Positions 25,030 through 33,955 of a stretch of DNA of 64,000 bases are shown one piece after another. The translations under genes were made by a program, and so were the position numbers. Source of the DNA: Eubacteriales bacterium (lineage in GTDB: Bacteria; Bacillota; Clostridia; Oscillospirales; CAG-272). The DNA lies in the NCBI GenBank assembly GCA_045535375.1, contig JAZSLM010000039.1:9701-73700 (forward strand). Reading direction: 5' to 3'. The notes beneath the pieces are model-generated. The model was not told the origin of the DNA, did not search any database, and worked only from the letters and a program-made list of their open reading frames with translations. Positions within the stretch are counted from its first letter, which is position 1, and each line of letters starts with the position of its first letter.

Positions 25030-26208
25030 ATGATCGAACTGAAAGGAAAACGGAATTCCGCGATAATATTTGCGGATAAGATCGATAAACAAACCAAAAC
25101 ACAGATTTCCGCGCTTCTTCGCGAGGAAGCTTACGCTGACAGCAAGATACGCATAATGCCCGATACTCATTCGGGCAGAAACGTTGCCGTCGGAACTACT
25201 ATGACACTTTCGGGGCGCGTTGCTCCCTCGCTTGTCGGAGTCGATATCGGCTGCGGTATGGAGGCGGTATTGCTCGGAGAGCGGGATATAGATCTCGCGC
25301 GGCTTGATGAGGCGATACACAAACTTATCCCCTGCGGCGCAAAGATCCACGATGCGCCGAAAGCAAATTTCGACTTCGGTTCTCTTTACTGCAAAGACCG
25401 CGTTGACGTAAATCGTGCGATGCGAAGTCTGGGCACGCTGGGCGGTGGTAATCATTTCATTGAAATCGACCGTCTCGAAAGCGGCGAGCTGATGCTCGTC
25501 ATCCATTCGGGTTCAAGACAGCTCGGCAGCGACGTTGCGCTTTATTACGTTGATCAAGCGTACCGCTATCAATGCAAAAAGGAGCGCAAGAAGACGAAGC
25601 GCAGTTACTACGAAAGCCGTGACGATGAATATTTCCGCGCGTCAAAGCGCGAGTGCAAGAGCGATCAGCCCAAGGTGAAGCGCGAGGAAGCTATTCTTGA
25701 AGGCGAACTTTTTGAGCAGTATCTGCACGATCTCGATATTGTGACGGCTTTCGCGGATCAAAACAGACGGACTATGGCGGGGTTGATATGCGATGCGATG
25801 GGATTGACCGTTAATGATCGTTTTTCGTGCATCCACAACTACATCGACACCGAGCGAATGATATTGCGCAAGGGAGCTATCTCTGCGCGTATGGGGGAGC
25901 GCGTCATCATACCGCTCAATATGCGTGACGGTGCTTTGCTCGGTACGGGACTCGGAAATCCCGAATGGAACTTTTCCGCACCTCACGGCGCGGGCAGAGC
26001 CTGCAACCGTACCGAGGCAAAATATGCCTTTACAGTTGAAGAATTTCAAAAGGAAATGACCGGTATCTATACGACCACGGCACAACTCGGCTCGCTCGAT
26101 GAATGCCCTATGGCATATAAAGCGCCCGAAAGGATCCTTGAATTCCTCAGCGACAGCGTTTCAGTTGAAGAGATAATTAAACCGATATATAACTTTAAAT
26201 CCTGCTAA
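25030..26208 (+). CDS. rtcB: RtcB-family RNA 3'-phosphate ligase
   Basis: Motifs IMPDTHSG, DIGCGM, GGGNHFIEI, HSGSR, SAPHGAGR. Confidence 0.85.
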   Translation: MIELKGKRNSAIIFADKIDKQTKTQISALLREEAYADSKIRIMPDTHSGRNVAVGTTMTLSGRVAPSLVGVDIGCGMEAVLLGERDIDLARLDEAIHKLIPCGAKIHDAPKANFDFGSLYCKDRVDVNRAMRSLGTLGGGNHFIEIDRLESGELMLVIHSGSRQLGSDVALYYVDQAYRYQCKKERKKTKRSYYESRDDEYFRASKRECKSDQPKVKREEAILEGELFEQYLHDLDIVTAFADQNRRTMAGLICDAMGLTVNDRFSCIHNYIDTERMILRKGAISARMGERVIIPLNMRDGALLGTGLGNPEWNFSAPHGAGRACNRTEAKYAFTVEEFQKEMTGIYTTTAQLGSLDECPMAYKAPERILEFLSDSVSVEEIIKPIYNFKSC

Positions 26209-26214
26209 ACAAAA

Positions 26215-26247
26215 GGGGATGCTTCATTAAGTGAAATGAAGCATCCC
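26215..26247 (+). terminator. hairpin after rtcB
   Basis: ggggatgcttcat / atgaagcatccc stem with a weak T-run. Confidence 0.5.
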
Positions 26248-26448
26248 TGTCTTATTATGTCTTCTCAAATCCAAGCTGATTATTATTTCACATTTTTTGT
26301 TTAATGTAAATAAAAATGAATCCGTTGCTTTGTGAAAATAGCAGAAATTGTAAGCTGTGAGAAAAATATGTTGACAGAGAAATGTTTGATATGGTAAAAT
26401 AAAGACACGGGAGTGTTTTCCCGAATAAATGAAAAGGAGATTTCGATA

Positions 26449-27579
26449 ATGAAGAAATATATACTTATCGTTTTGATTGTATTAGCGTTCTTGCTGCTAT
26501 GCGGTTGTGCACAAAATCCTATCATCACAGATGTTGAAACTTCCGAAGCAATTACCGAGTCCCCTGAAACCGAACTTTTTTCGGCTGAGACGACCCAAAC
26601 GAATCCGGATATACAACCTTACATTGGATTTCCCTTGGTATATGAGGAAACCTCAAACGGTTTGTATATCAAGGTGGAATTTTTGAAGCAAGAGCTTCCT
26701 GCAACGCCGGCGACAAGTATCACGGTCAACCTTACCTATAAGAATTTGAGCAATGAAACCATAAATTTTGATGCGGCTCAACCATATGTTTCCGGTGCAT
26801 TTGTAAGAAACGACGGCGAAAATGTTTATCCGAGAACTTCGAAAAAGTTTGAACATTTAATAAGATCCGGAGAGGTTTGCGGCGTAACACTGGAGCCCGG
26901 CAGAGTGTATTCCGATAGATTTATCTATCAAGCGGGGGACTTTTTTGATCTTAAATATACTTACGCATTTTCGGTTAAAGTTGAAACAACGGGATCAAAG
27001 ATCGCGGAAGTTATGATTCCGATAGAAATATACGAAAAGGATATCAGCGATTGGTATTACAACGGCACGTGGTATCTTTCTGATTGGGAATTCAGATTGG
27101 ATAACAGAGCGGAAGATCATAGCGGATATATCAAGCTTCCTTTCGTATACGAGGAATCTGTAGAAAGTGCGCATTTCAAGGTTGAGTTTTTCCGTGAAAT
27201 ATACGCATTGAATTCATATATCCAATGCCGCGTATCGGTTACAAACAATACAGGTGAGGATGTTAAGGTTCGACAAAAGGAATTGTTTAATCACGGCGGA
27301 TTCGTAAGGGACTCGAAACGTGATGAAATGATTCCGTATAGTTACTGTAAAGACAGACACGGTTTCAATGAAGATGACCATGGTGGATATCTGAACGTTG
27401 CAAAGGGTGAAACTTACGTTATTGAATCTGTGTTTATTGCAAACGTAAAAGCCTTTGAGGAGGGGCACGAGTATGCTTTTATTGTTGAATTTTGCCCGAT
27501 ATTTTCAAACGGTGAACAGAAAACTTACAGTATAACGATCCCGGTTGAATTGTGCTCTTTACAAGCTGAATCTACTTGA
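26449..27579 (+). CDS. lipoprotein with two homologous ~150-aa beta-rich modules, function unknown
   Basis: Lipobox LLLCGC. YIGFPLVYEETSNGLYIKVEFLKQE and YIKLPFVYEESVESAHFKVEFFREI begin the two modules. Confidence 0.6.
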   Translation: MKKYILIVLIVLAFLLLCGCAQNPIITDVETSEAITESPETELFSAETTQTNPDIQPYIGFPLVYEETSNGLYIKVEFLKQELPATPATSITVNLTYKNLSNETINFDAAQPYVSGAFVRNDGENVYPRTSKKFEHLIRSGEVCGVTLEPGRVYSDRFIYQAGDFFDLKYTYAFSVKVETTGSKIAEVMIPIEIYEKDISDWYYNGTWYLSDWEFRLDNRAEDHSGYIKLPFVYEESVESAHFKVEFFREIYALNSYIQCRVSVTNNTGEDVKVRQKELFNHGGFVRDSKRDEMIPYSYCKDRHGFNEDDHGGYLNVAKGETYVIESVFIANVKAFEEGHEYAFIVEFCPIFSNGEQKTYSITIPVELCSLQAEST

Positions 27580-27589
27580 TTAAAACAAA

Positions 27590-27617
27590 CTACCTCGCCG
27601 ATTTTTCGGCGGGGTAG
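27590..27617. terminator. bidirectional terminator
   Basis: ctacctcgccg / cggcggggtag stem with flanking A/T runs. Confidence 0.7.
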
Positions 27618-27630
27618 TTTTATCTATTAA

Positions 27631-28425
27631 TTATTTCTCAAATCCCAACTGCTTGAATACGCTGGGAGTTACGTTGCTCTTTGCCTTGCCTGCTGCTACG
27701 AGTGCTTCGTAGTTGTCAACGTGGTGGGGGCAATGGTCCTTGTATTCGTAGCCGGGGGTGATGGGAGCCGCCCAGTAAACGGCGTTGGTGATGATGCGCT
27801 GAACGTAGGGGTTGTGGAAGGAGGGGCAGGTCTCGTGACCGGGCTGGAAGTAGAAGATCTTGCCCGCGTCGCGGAGGTAGGTCATACCGGAACGGAAGAT
27901 GTAGCCGTCCTCATACCAACCGCCGAAGATGAGCTCGTTCGGCTGGGGAACGAAGAAGGGCTCTGCATAAAGCTCCTCGGATTCGATGAAGAACTTGTCG
28001 GGAATGCCTGCTGCAATGGGATGGGTCGGGAGCATATTCCACATGATCTCTCTCTGGTTGCGTCCCCAGGTAAGGTTGCCCATCGTGCCGACGATCGCGC
28101 GGAAGGGCTTGGAGTGGTGCGCGGAGTGGAGCGCGATGAATCCCATCTTGCCCATATAAACGCGGCGCTGGATCTTTGTGACGAGCGCGTCGTTTACTTC
28201 ACCGTGTGCCATGTGTCCCCACCAGATGAGAACGTCGGTGTTGTTCAGTACCTCATCGGGCAGACCTTGATCGGGATCGTCGAGAGCCGCGAGAGTTACT
28301 TCGATATCATCGTTCTTCGAAAGAAATTTGCCGATCGTGGCGTGAAGACCGTTAGGATAGAGAGCCTTGCAGGTCTCGTTGGTCTTTTCGTGTCTGAATT
28401 CATTCCAGATGGTTACTCTGATCAT
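27631..28425 (-). CDS. ThuA-domain (trehalose-utilisation-like) protein
   Basis: MIRVTIWNEFRHEK start and VLIWWGH motif are typical of ThuA-like class-I glutamine-amidotransferase-fold proteins. Confidence 0.7.
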   Translation of the reverse strand: MIRVTIWNEFRHEKTNETCKALYPNGLHATIGKFLSKNDDIEVTLAALDDPDQGLPDEVLNNTDVLIWWGHMAHGEVNDALVTKIQRRVYMGKMGFIALHSAHHSKPFRAIVGTMGNLTWGRNQREIMWNMLPTHPIAAGIPDKFFIESEELYAEPFFVPQPNELIFGGWYEDGYIFRSGMTYLRDAGKIFYFQPGHETCPSFHNPYVQRIITNAVYWAAPITPGYEYKDHCPHHVDNYEALVAAGKAKSNVTPSVFKQLGFEK

Positions 28426-28470
28426 TGGTATGTACTCCTTAAATTAAATTTCATTTAACAATTAATAATA

Positions 28471-28619
28471 ATCGTTTTTTCGGGGGCTTTGCCTCCGAAA
28501 AAACACCTTTTAGACGAGCAATGCGAGTCCGCGCGCCGAGGGGAGCCGCCAAAATCGAAGATTTTGGCAAGCGGCGATAAGCGCGCGTAAATCAAGTGTA
28601 AAACGAAGTTTTACACTTG
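28471..28619 (-). repeat. full copy (A) of the multi-hairpin intergenic repeat family
   Basis: Its reverse complement aligns along its whole length with 48168-48316. Hairpins: caagtgtaaaac..gttttacacttg, gccaaaatc..gattttggc, ttttttcggggGC ttt GCctccgaaaaaa. Confidence 0.85.
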
Positions 28620-29396
28620 GATCTTAAGCCCGTCGTATGCGGGGGTGACCCCGAAGGGAGCGAGGCGCTCGGCGGTGTCCTCGTGTGTGGTGTGGAGGGT
28701 TCGTGCCATATGGGTCGCGTAGTATTTGCAATCCTCCGCGGTAGCCTTTTGAGCGACGATGGATTCCATCATGATGCCGATCATTGCGATCGAGGTGTGA
28801 CCGAAGATGCGCTCGTCACCGGGGGCGTAGCCCGTGGTGCATTCGAATATCAGCGCGTTCGGCTTGGCCTTTTTGATCATTTTGTAGGTCGGGTAGATCA
28901 GCCAGCCGCTGTCGGTGCCGTAGAAGAAGCTTCTGCCCTCGCCCTTGACGATGTAATTGAGCGGGATCTCGCCCTCGGGCAGATCGCCGTGGTTCGCGTA
29001 GCAGGGAATGACCTCGTAATCTCCCACCTGTTCGGCTTTGTAGGGATCCATCGGGTGATAAAAGGGAAGATCATCACCCTTTTTTGCTCCCGCAAGGAGC
29101 TTTTCGTAAGCCGTTTTCTGCGCCCAGAAGCAAACGCGGTGGTTTGATTCGCGGGTGATACGCAAAAGTGTTTCAACGTTGAAGTGATCCGAATGCGAGT
29201 GGGTGAGAATGACGTTCTTTACGTTTTTGAAAAGGTCGGGATCGCCGATCTCTTCTGCAAGATCATAGATGCAGGGACCCGGATCGATCAGCAGATCGTT
29301 ATTTACGAGAGCCGAGGAAAGACGGCGGTAAAGTTTTCCGCCCTTGTGCTTCGGCGACCAGTCTGCCGCGCCCGTGCCGAGGAAGAGAAGTTCCAT
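28611..29396 (-). CDS. MBL-fold metallo-hydrolase
   Basis: MELLFLGTGAA start and the THSHSDH metal-binding motif. Confidence 0.8.
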   Translation of the reverse strand: MELLFLGTGAADWSPKHKGGKLYRRLSSALVNNDLLIDPGPCIYDLAEEIGDPDLFKNVKNVILTHSHSDHFNVETLLRITRESNHRVCFWAQKTAYEKLLAGAKKGDDLPFYHPMDPYKAEQVGDYEVIPCYANHGDLPEGEIPLNYIVKGEGRSFFYGTDSGWLIYPTYKMIKKAKPNALIFECTTGYAPGDERIFGHTSIAMIGIMMESIVAQKATAEDCKYYATHMARTLHTTHEDTAERLAPFGVTPAYDGLKIQV

Positions 29397-29407
29397 TTTT
29401 GTTCTCC

Positions 29408-30106
29408 TTATTGCGGTTTGTCGTTATCCTTGATCATCTCGAAATTGCCCGAGCGGAGAATTTCGAGAAGCTGTTTGTTGGACGTGATCGGCTCGTCGGT
29501 CAGAATTCCGCCTGCGAATGCGCCCTCGACCGTGCGGTGGTAGTCGCTTCCCGAGGTTGCGATAAGACCGAAGCGGTCAGCCCAGATGCGCGCGATGTCG
29601 TTGCGGCTGTCCTGCGAGGGGTTGCCGTTGAATATCTCGATGCCGTCAAGCAGTGAGGGATTGACCATCTGCATGAAGTCGCGGAAGGGATGCGCCTGCA
29701 AGAAGAGGAATCCCGCCTCGCGGATCCTTGCAGAGACCTCGGCGGTGGGAACGTCGTAAAGATTTTCGTTACGGCGGAGAAATTCTTCGTCAAGACCGTA
29801 GATGAGGTAGTCGTTTTCATCGAGATTGGAGCGGAGCTCACAGCCGAAGATGATGTTGATCTTGCCTTCAGCGGCTTCCTTGAGCTCGTGATAGCCCTTC
29901 ATATAGTAATCGACCTTTTCCTGCCAGGGGAGGGCGGAGAGGTCGCCCATTCGTTTGTTTTTGAACGTGAAGCGCGAGAAGTGATTTGTGAGCACGAGCG
30001 AGTGGTATCCGTGTTCGACGTATGCCTGCACTATCTCCTCGGGATACGACTTTGCGCAAGCCGAAACGGGAGCCGAGTGGCAATGCAGTTCTGTTTTGAA
30101 TTTCAT
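29408..30106 (-). CDS. PHP-domain (polymerase/histidinol-phosphatase fold) hydrolase
   Basis: MKFKTELHCHS start. Later His/Asp positions (QAHPF, GSDYH) fit the PHP fold. Confidence 0.7.
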   Translation of the reverse strand: MKFKTELHCHSAPVSACAKSYPEEIVQAYVEHGYHSLVLTNHFSRFTFKNKRMGDLSALPWQEKVDYYMKGYHELKEAAEGKINIIFGCELRSNLDENDYLIYGLDEEFLRRNENLYDVPTAEVSARIREAGFLFLQAHPFRDFMQMVNPSLLDGIEIFNGNPSQDSRNDIARIWADRFGLIATSGSDYHRTVEGAFAGGILTDEPITSNKQLLEILRSGNFEMIKDNDKPQ

Positions 30107-30221
30107 AAGCGGTGCCTTTCAATGTAGATAATTTTACTTATATAATAATACTACATTTTCACAGATTTTTCAAGTCTTTGAGCAATTTTTTGCAAAAACT
30201 TTTTTCAGTTTTGAATTATAC

Positions 30222-30250
30222 TTGAATTTAATTAAAATGTGTGATATAAT
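30222..30250 (+). promoter_or_regulatory. sigma-A type promoter
   Basis: TTGAAT (30222-30227), 17 nt, TATAAT (30245-30250). Confidence 0.6.
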
Positions 30251-30282
30251 AACATCAAATAAAACCTTTTAAGAGGTGTAAA

Positions 30283-31119
30283 ATGGAAAAATTCAAACTT
30301 TGTGCATTTGCCGACGAAGCCGATAAGATGATATCGGGTCAGATTGCGGCTTTGCAGGGAAACTCAATGAATCTCATCGAGCTTCGCGGAATTGACGGTA
30401 AGAACGTTGCAGATCTTACTCCTGCCGAGGCAAAGGAGCTGAAAAGCCGTCTTGACTCTGAGGGCATCATCGTGTGGTCGATCGGCTCGCCCATCGGCAA
30501 GGTGGACATCACAGCGCCCGCGCAGGAAGAGCTTGATCGCTTCAAGAGAGTTCTCGAGACCGCCAACATCTGCGGTGCTGAAAACATCAGAATGTTCAGC
30601 TTCTACAAGACCGATTCGTCTGCCGCTTGCTTTGATGAGATCTGCCGCAGACTTGACGATATGATCAGCGCGGCAAAGGGCTCGGGCGTTGATCTTTGCC
30701 ACGAAAACGAAAAGGGCATATACGGCGACGTTGCCGAAAGATGCTATAAGCTCCATGCGGCTTTGCCTGCGTTCAAGGGTGTTTTCGACCCCGCGAATTT
30801 CGTTCAGTGCGGCGAGGACACTCTTGTTGCCTGGGAGCTTTTGAAACCATACATAAAATACGCGCACATCAAGGACGCGAAAGAGGACGGCAAAGTCGTG
30901 CCTCCCGGCGCGGGTATCGGTCATCTGCAGGGGCTTCTGCCGAGATTTGCGGCATCGGGCATTGAGGTGCTCACTCTTGAGCCGCATCTCAAATCCTTTG
31001 TCGGACTCGCCGCGCTCGAGGGCGGAGATACGCAACACGTCGGCTCGTCCTTTGCAAACAACCGCGAGGCGTTCGACTACGCGGTCAACACACTTAAAAA
31101 TCTTATTGAAAAGATATAA
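30283..31119 (+). CDS. sugar phosphate isomerase/epimerase (xylose isomerase-like TIM barrel)
   Basis: Fold-typical motifs: LCHENE, HIKD, LEPH. Confidence 0.7.
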   Translation: MEKFKLCAFADEADKMISGQIAALQGNSMNLIELRGIDGKNVADLTPAEAKELKSRLDSEGIIVWSIGSPIGKVDITAPAQEELDRFKRVLETANICGAENIRMFSFYKTDSSAACFDEICRRLDDMISAAKGSGVDLCHENEKGIYGDVAERCYKLHAALPAFKGVFDPANFVQCGEDTLVAWELLKPYIKYAHIKDAKEDGKVVPPGAGIGHLQGLLPRFAASGIEVLTLEPHLKSFVGLAALEGGDTQHVGSSFANNREAFDYAVNTLKNLIEKI

Positions 31120-31134
31120 ACGGAGGAAAGAAAA

Positions 31135-31911
31135 ATGATTGCAGGTGCACAGCTTTACACTCTGAGAGATTATTGTAAGACAACCGAGGATCTTGAAAAC
31201 ACCATTCGCCGTATGGCACAGATCGGCTACAAGGCAGTACAGCTTTCGGGCGTTTGCGACTTTGACGCCGCATGGATGCGCGATCTTCTGAAGGATTGCG
31301 GCCTCGTTGCTCCCCTTACCCACACCGCCTACAAGCGCATCGTCGAGGAGACCGACAAGGTCATCGAGGAGCATCTTACATACGGCGCGGGTTACGTCGG
31401 ACTCGGCTCTATGCCCGGCTTCAAGAAGGCAAATTGCGATCTCGAATTTTACGAGAACTATTGCAAGGAGATTACTCCCGCCGTTGAAAAGATCGCGGCT
31501 GCGGGTCTGAAATTTATGTACCACAACCACAATATGGAGTTTATGAAGCTTCCGAACGGCAAGGTGCTTCTTGAGGATATGGCTGACCGTTTTGATACTC
31601 CCGCATACGGCTTCACAGTTGACACTTACTGGGTCCAGGCGGGCGGAGGCGACCCCGCACAGTGGCTCGAAAAACTCGCGGGACGCATCGACACCATCCA
31701 TTTCAAGGATATGGTATACGATCCCACAGATCTTGCCGTCCGTATGGCTCCCGTCGGATCGGGCAATATCAACCACGTTGCCGCCGCACGCGCCGCAGAG
31801 GCGGGCGGAACAAAGTACGTTTTCGTTGAGCAGGACCGCTGCTACGACGAGGATCCCTTCGTTTGCATGAAGAAGAGCTATGATTATCTGAAAGGAATCG
31901 GACTTGAATGA
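31135..31911 (+). CDS. sugar phosphate isomerase/epimerase (xylose isomerase-like TIM barrel)
   Basis: MIAGAQLYTLRD start, YHNHNMEF, IHFKD. Paralogous to the CDS at 1524-2243. Confidence 0.75.
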   Translation: MIAGAQLYTLRDYCKTTEDLENTIRRMAQIGYKAVQLSGVCDFDAAWMRDLLKDCGLVAPLTHTAYKRIVEETDKVIEEHLTYGAGYVGLGSMPGFKKANCDLEFYENYCKEITPAVEKIAAAGLKFMYHNHNMEFMKLPNGKVLLEDMADRFDTPAYGFTVDTYWVQAGGGDPAQWLEKLAGRIDTIHFKDMVYDPTDLAVRMAPVGSGNINHVAAARAAEAGGTKYVFVEQDRCYDEDPFVCMKKSYDYLKGIGLE

Positions 31912-33092
31912 GAAAACTTAAATTAGGTATTATCGGAGTCGGTAACATCGGCTCGAAGCATTACGGACACGTTCTTGACGGCAAGTGCGAGGGTATCGAG
32001 ATCACCGCGATCGCCGACCGTCGCGAGGCTCGCCGCGAGTGGGCTCTCGAAAAATATGTCGAGGCAAAGGCGAACGGATATGAGGAAGAGGCTCCCGCGA
32101 TTTTCACCGAGGGCGACGACCTTATCGCATCGGGTCTTTGCGAGGCTATCCTCATTGCTGTTCCCCACTATTTCCACCCCCATTTCGCCATTGAGGCATT
32201 CAAGCACGGACAGCACGTTATGTGCGAGAAACCCGCGGGCGTTTATACTCTGCAGGTCCGCGAGATGATCGCGGAGGCTGATAAGCATCCCGAGCTCGTT
32301 TTCGGTATGATGTTCAATCAGAGAACCAACCCCGTTTACCGTAAGATGCACGATATAATCGCATCGGGCGAGCTTGGACAGATCCGCCGCACAAGCTGGC
32401 TCATTACCGATTGGTACCGCTCGCAGTATTACTATGATTCGGGCGATTGGCGCGCGACCTGGAGCGGAGAGGGCGGAGGCGTTCTTCTCAACCAGTGTCC
32501 GCATCAGCTTGACCTCTGGCAGTGGATCTGCGGTCTTCCCGTGAAGGTACACGCAAAGATGAAGTACGGCAAGTGGCACGACATCGAGGTCAAGGACGAC
32601 GTAAGCTGTTGGTGCGAATATGCAAACGGCGCGACGGGTACGTTCATCACCACCACGGGCGACTGCCCCGGCTCGAATCGCTTCGAGATCGTCTGCGACG
32701 GCGGTACTCTTATTTGCGACAAGACCTCTCTCAAGCTCTACCGCCTCAATCCCTGGGAGCCCGAGTATTCCAAGACCACCCAAAAGGTCTTCGGCAAGCC
32801 CGAGGTCATCGAGGAGATCCCCGAGCTTGAGGGCAAGAACACCCAGCACGTCGGCGTTCTCAATGCCTTCCGCGATGCTATCCTGAACGGCGGCGAGCTT
32901 GTTGCCGACGGCAGAGAGGGCATTAACGGACTTATGCTTTCGAACGCGATGCATCTTTCGGATTGGCTCGGAAAGGAAGTCGAGCTTCCCATTGACGAGG
33001 AGCTTTACTACAGCCTTCTCAAGGAAAAGATCGCATCCTCAAAGGCAAAGACCGCCGAGGCAGTTGACGGCGATACAGAAGGAAGCTATTGA
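31908..33092 (+). CDS. Gfo/Idh/MocA-family NAD(P)-dependent oxidoreductase
   Basis: N-terminal Rossmann motif LGIIGVGNIGSKH and the EKP motif (MCEKPAG). Its ATG overlaps the upstream stop (ATGA). Confidence 0.85.
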   Translation: MRKLKLGIIGVGNIGSKHYGHVLDGKCEGIEITAIADRREARREWALEKYVEAKANGYEEEAPAIFTEGDDLIASGLCEAILIAVPHYFHPHFAIEAFKHGQHVMCEKPAGVYTLQVREMIAEADKHPELVFGMMFNQRTNPVYRKMHDIIASGELGQIRRTSWLITDWYRSQYYYDSGDWRATWSGEGGGVLLNQCPHQLDLWQWICGLPVKVHAKMKYGKWHDIEVKDDVSCWCEYANGATGTFITTTGDCPGSNRFEIVCDGGTLICDKTSLKLYRLNPWEPEYSKTTQKVFGKPEVIEEIPELEGKNTQHVGVLNAFRDAILNGGELVADGREGINGLMLSNAMHLSDWLGKEVELPIDEELYYSLLKEKIASSKAKTAEAVDGDTEGSY

Positions 33093-33097
33093 TAAAA

Positions 33098-33120
33098 AGC
33101 GGGGCTTTGCCCCGCTTTTT
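33098..33120 (+). terminator. intrinsic terminator
   Basis: agcgggg ctttg ccccgct followed by TTTT. Confidence 0.75.
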
Positions 33121-33397
33121 AGGTAAGAGGTAATAGTGAAGAGGTAAAAAGTAAGGAAGATTTTCGCCGGGGCGAAAATCAATGATTTGTTTTCGTATAA
33201 TTGCACAAAAGTGCATGCTTGTTTTTGTGCAATCATACAAAAACGAAAAAGCCTTGCGATGATTCGGAAGATTTTGGGTACTTAATAGATGAAGGGCAAT
33301 TTTATTAAAAATGAAATTTGCCTTTGGCAAATTTCTACCTTAACATTCCGCAACGCGAAATATTTCGTTGGCGAAGCCCCAAGGGAGGTTGATATTC

Positions 33398-33955
33398 TTG
33401 AAAGACGAAAGAATTGTAGAATTGATCTATAACAACGACGAAAAGGGTCTGTATGCGGCGGAGGATAAGTACCGCGGGCTTTGCAGATCAGTGGCGGACA
33501 GCATCCTCGAATCGGTCGAGGACAGGGAGGAATGTGTCAACGACGCGTTTCTTGCCGCGTGGCGCAATATTCCGCCCGAAAAGCCGAAAAACTTCCGCGC
33601 CTACATAGCAAGGCTGGTGAAGAACATCGCGCTGAAACGCTCGCGCGACAATATGGCTTACAAGAGGCGCGCCAATTACAACACGGCGGGCGATGAGCTT
33701 CTCGAGATAATCGAGGACGGACGCACGCTTGCCGAGGAATACGAATCAAAGCGGATAGGCGAGATCATCAACGCCTTTCTGGCGGGACTGCCGAAGAGAG
33801 ACCGCGACATCTTCGTGCTCCGATTCTGGTACGGCGACACGGTACCGGCTATCAGCAAATGTATGGGAGTTTCGGAAAGCCTGATAAGATCGCTGATACC
33901 GAGACTCAAGAAAAAGCTCGCGGAAGAACTTGCAAAGGAGGGAATAATGGTATGA
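33398..33955 (+). CDS. ECF-type RNA polymerase sigma factor (sigma-70 family)
   Basis: Region 2 (DAFLAAWRNI) and region 4 (RDIFVLRFWYGDTVPAISKCMGVSESLIRSL). Probable TTG start 9 nt after GGGAGG. Confidence 0.8.
   Translation: MKDERIVELIYNNDEKGLYAAEDKYRGLCRSVADSILESVEDREECVNDAFLAAWRNIPPEKPKNFRAYIARLVKNIALKRSRDNMAYKRRANYNTAGDELLEIIEDGRTLAEEYESKRIGEIINAFLAGLPKRDRDIFVLRFWYGDTVPAISKCMGVSESLIRSLIPRLKKKLAEELAKEGIMV

Noticed and set aside
24969-25079. 36-codon ORF (MSALFSINPFHTKLKLNRRYNDRTERKTEFRDNICG) with a good SD (AAAGGAG), overlapping the rtcB start in another frame; possible leader peptide.
   Set aside because: No recognisable attenuator structure or conserved peptide feature. rtcB has its own SD (TAGGAG). 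It could be chance in an AT-rich leader. It would need Ribo-seq.
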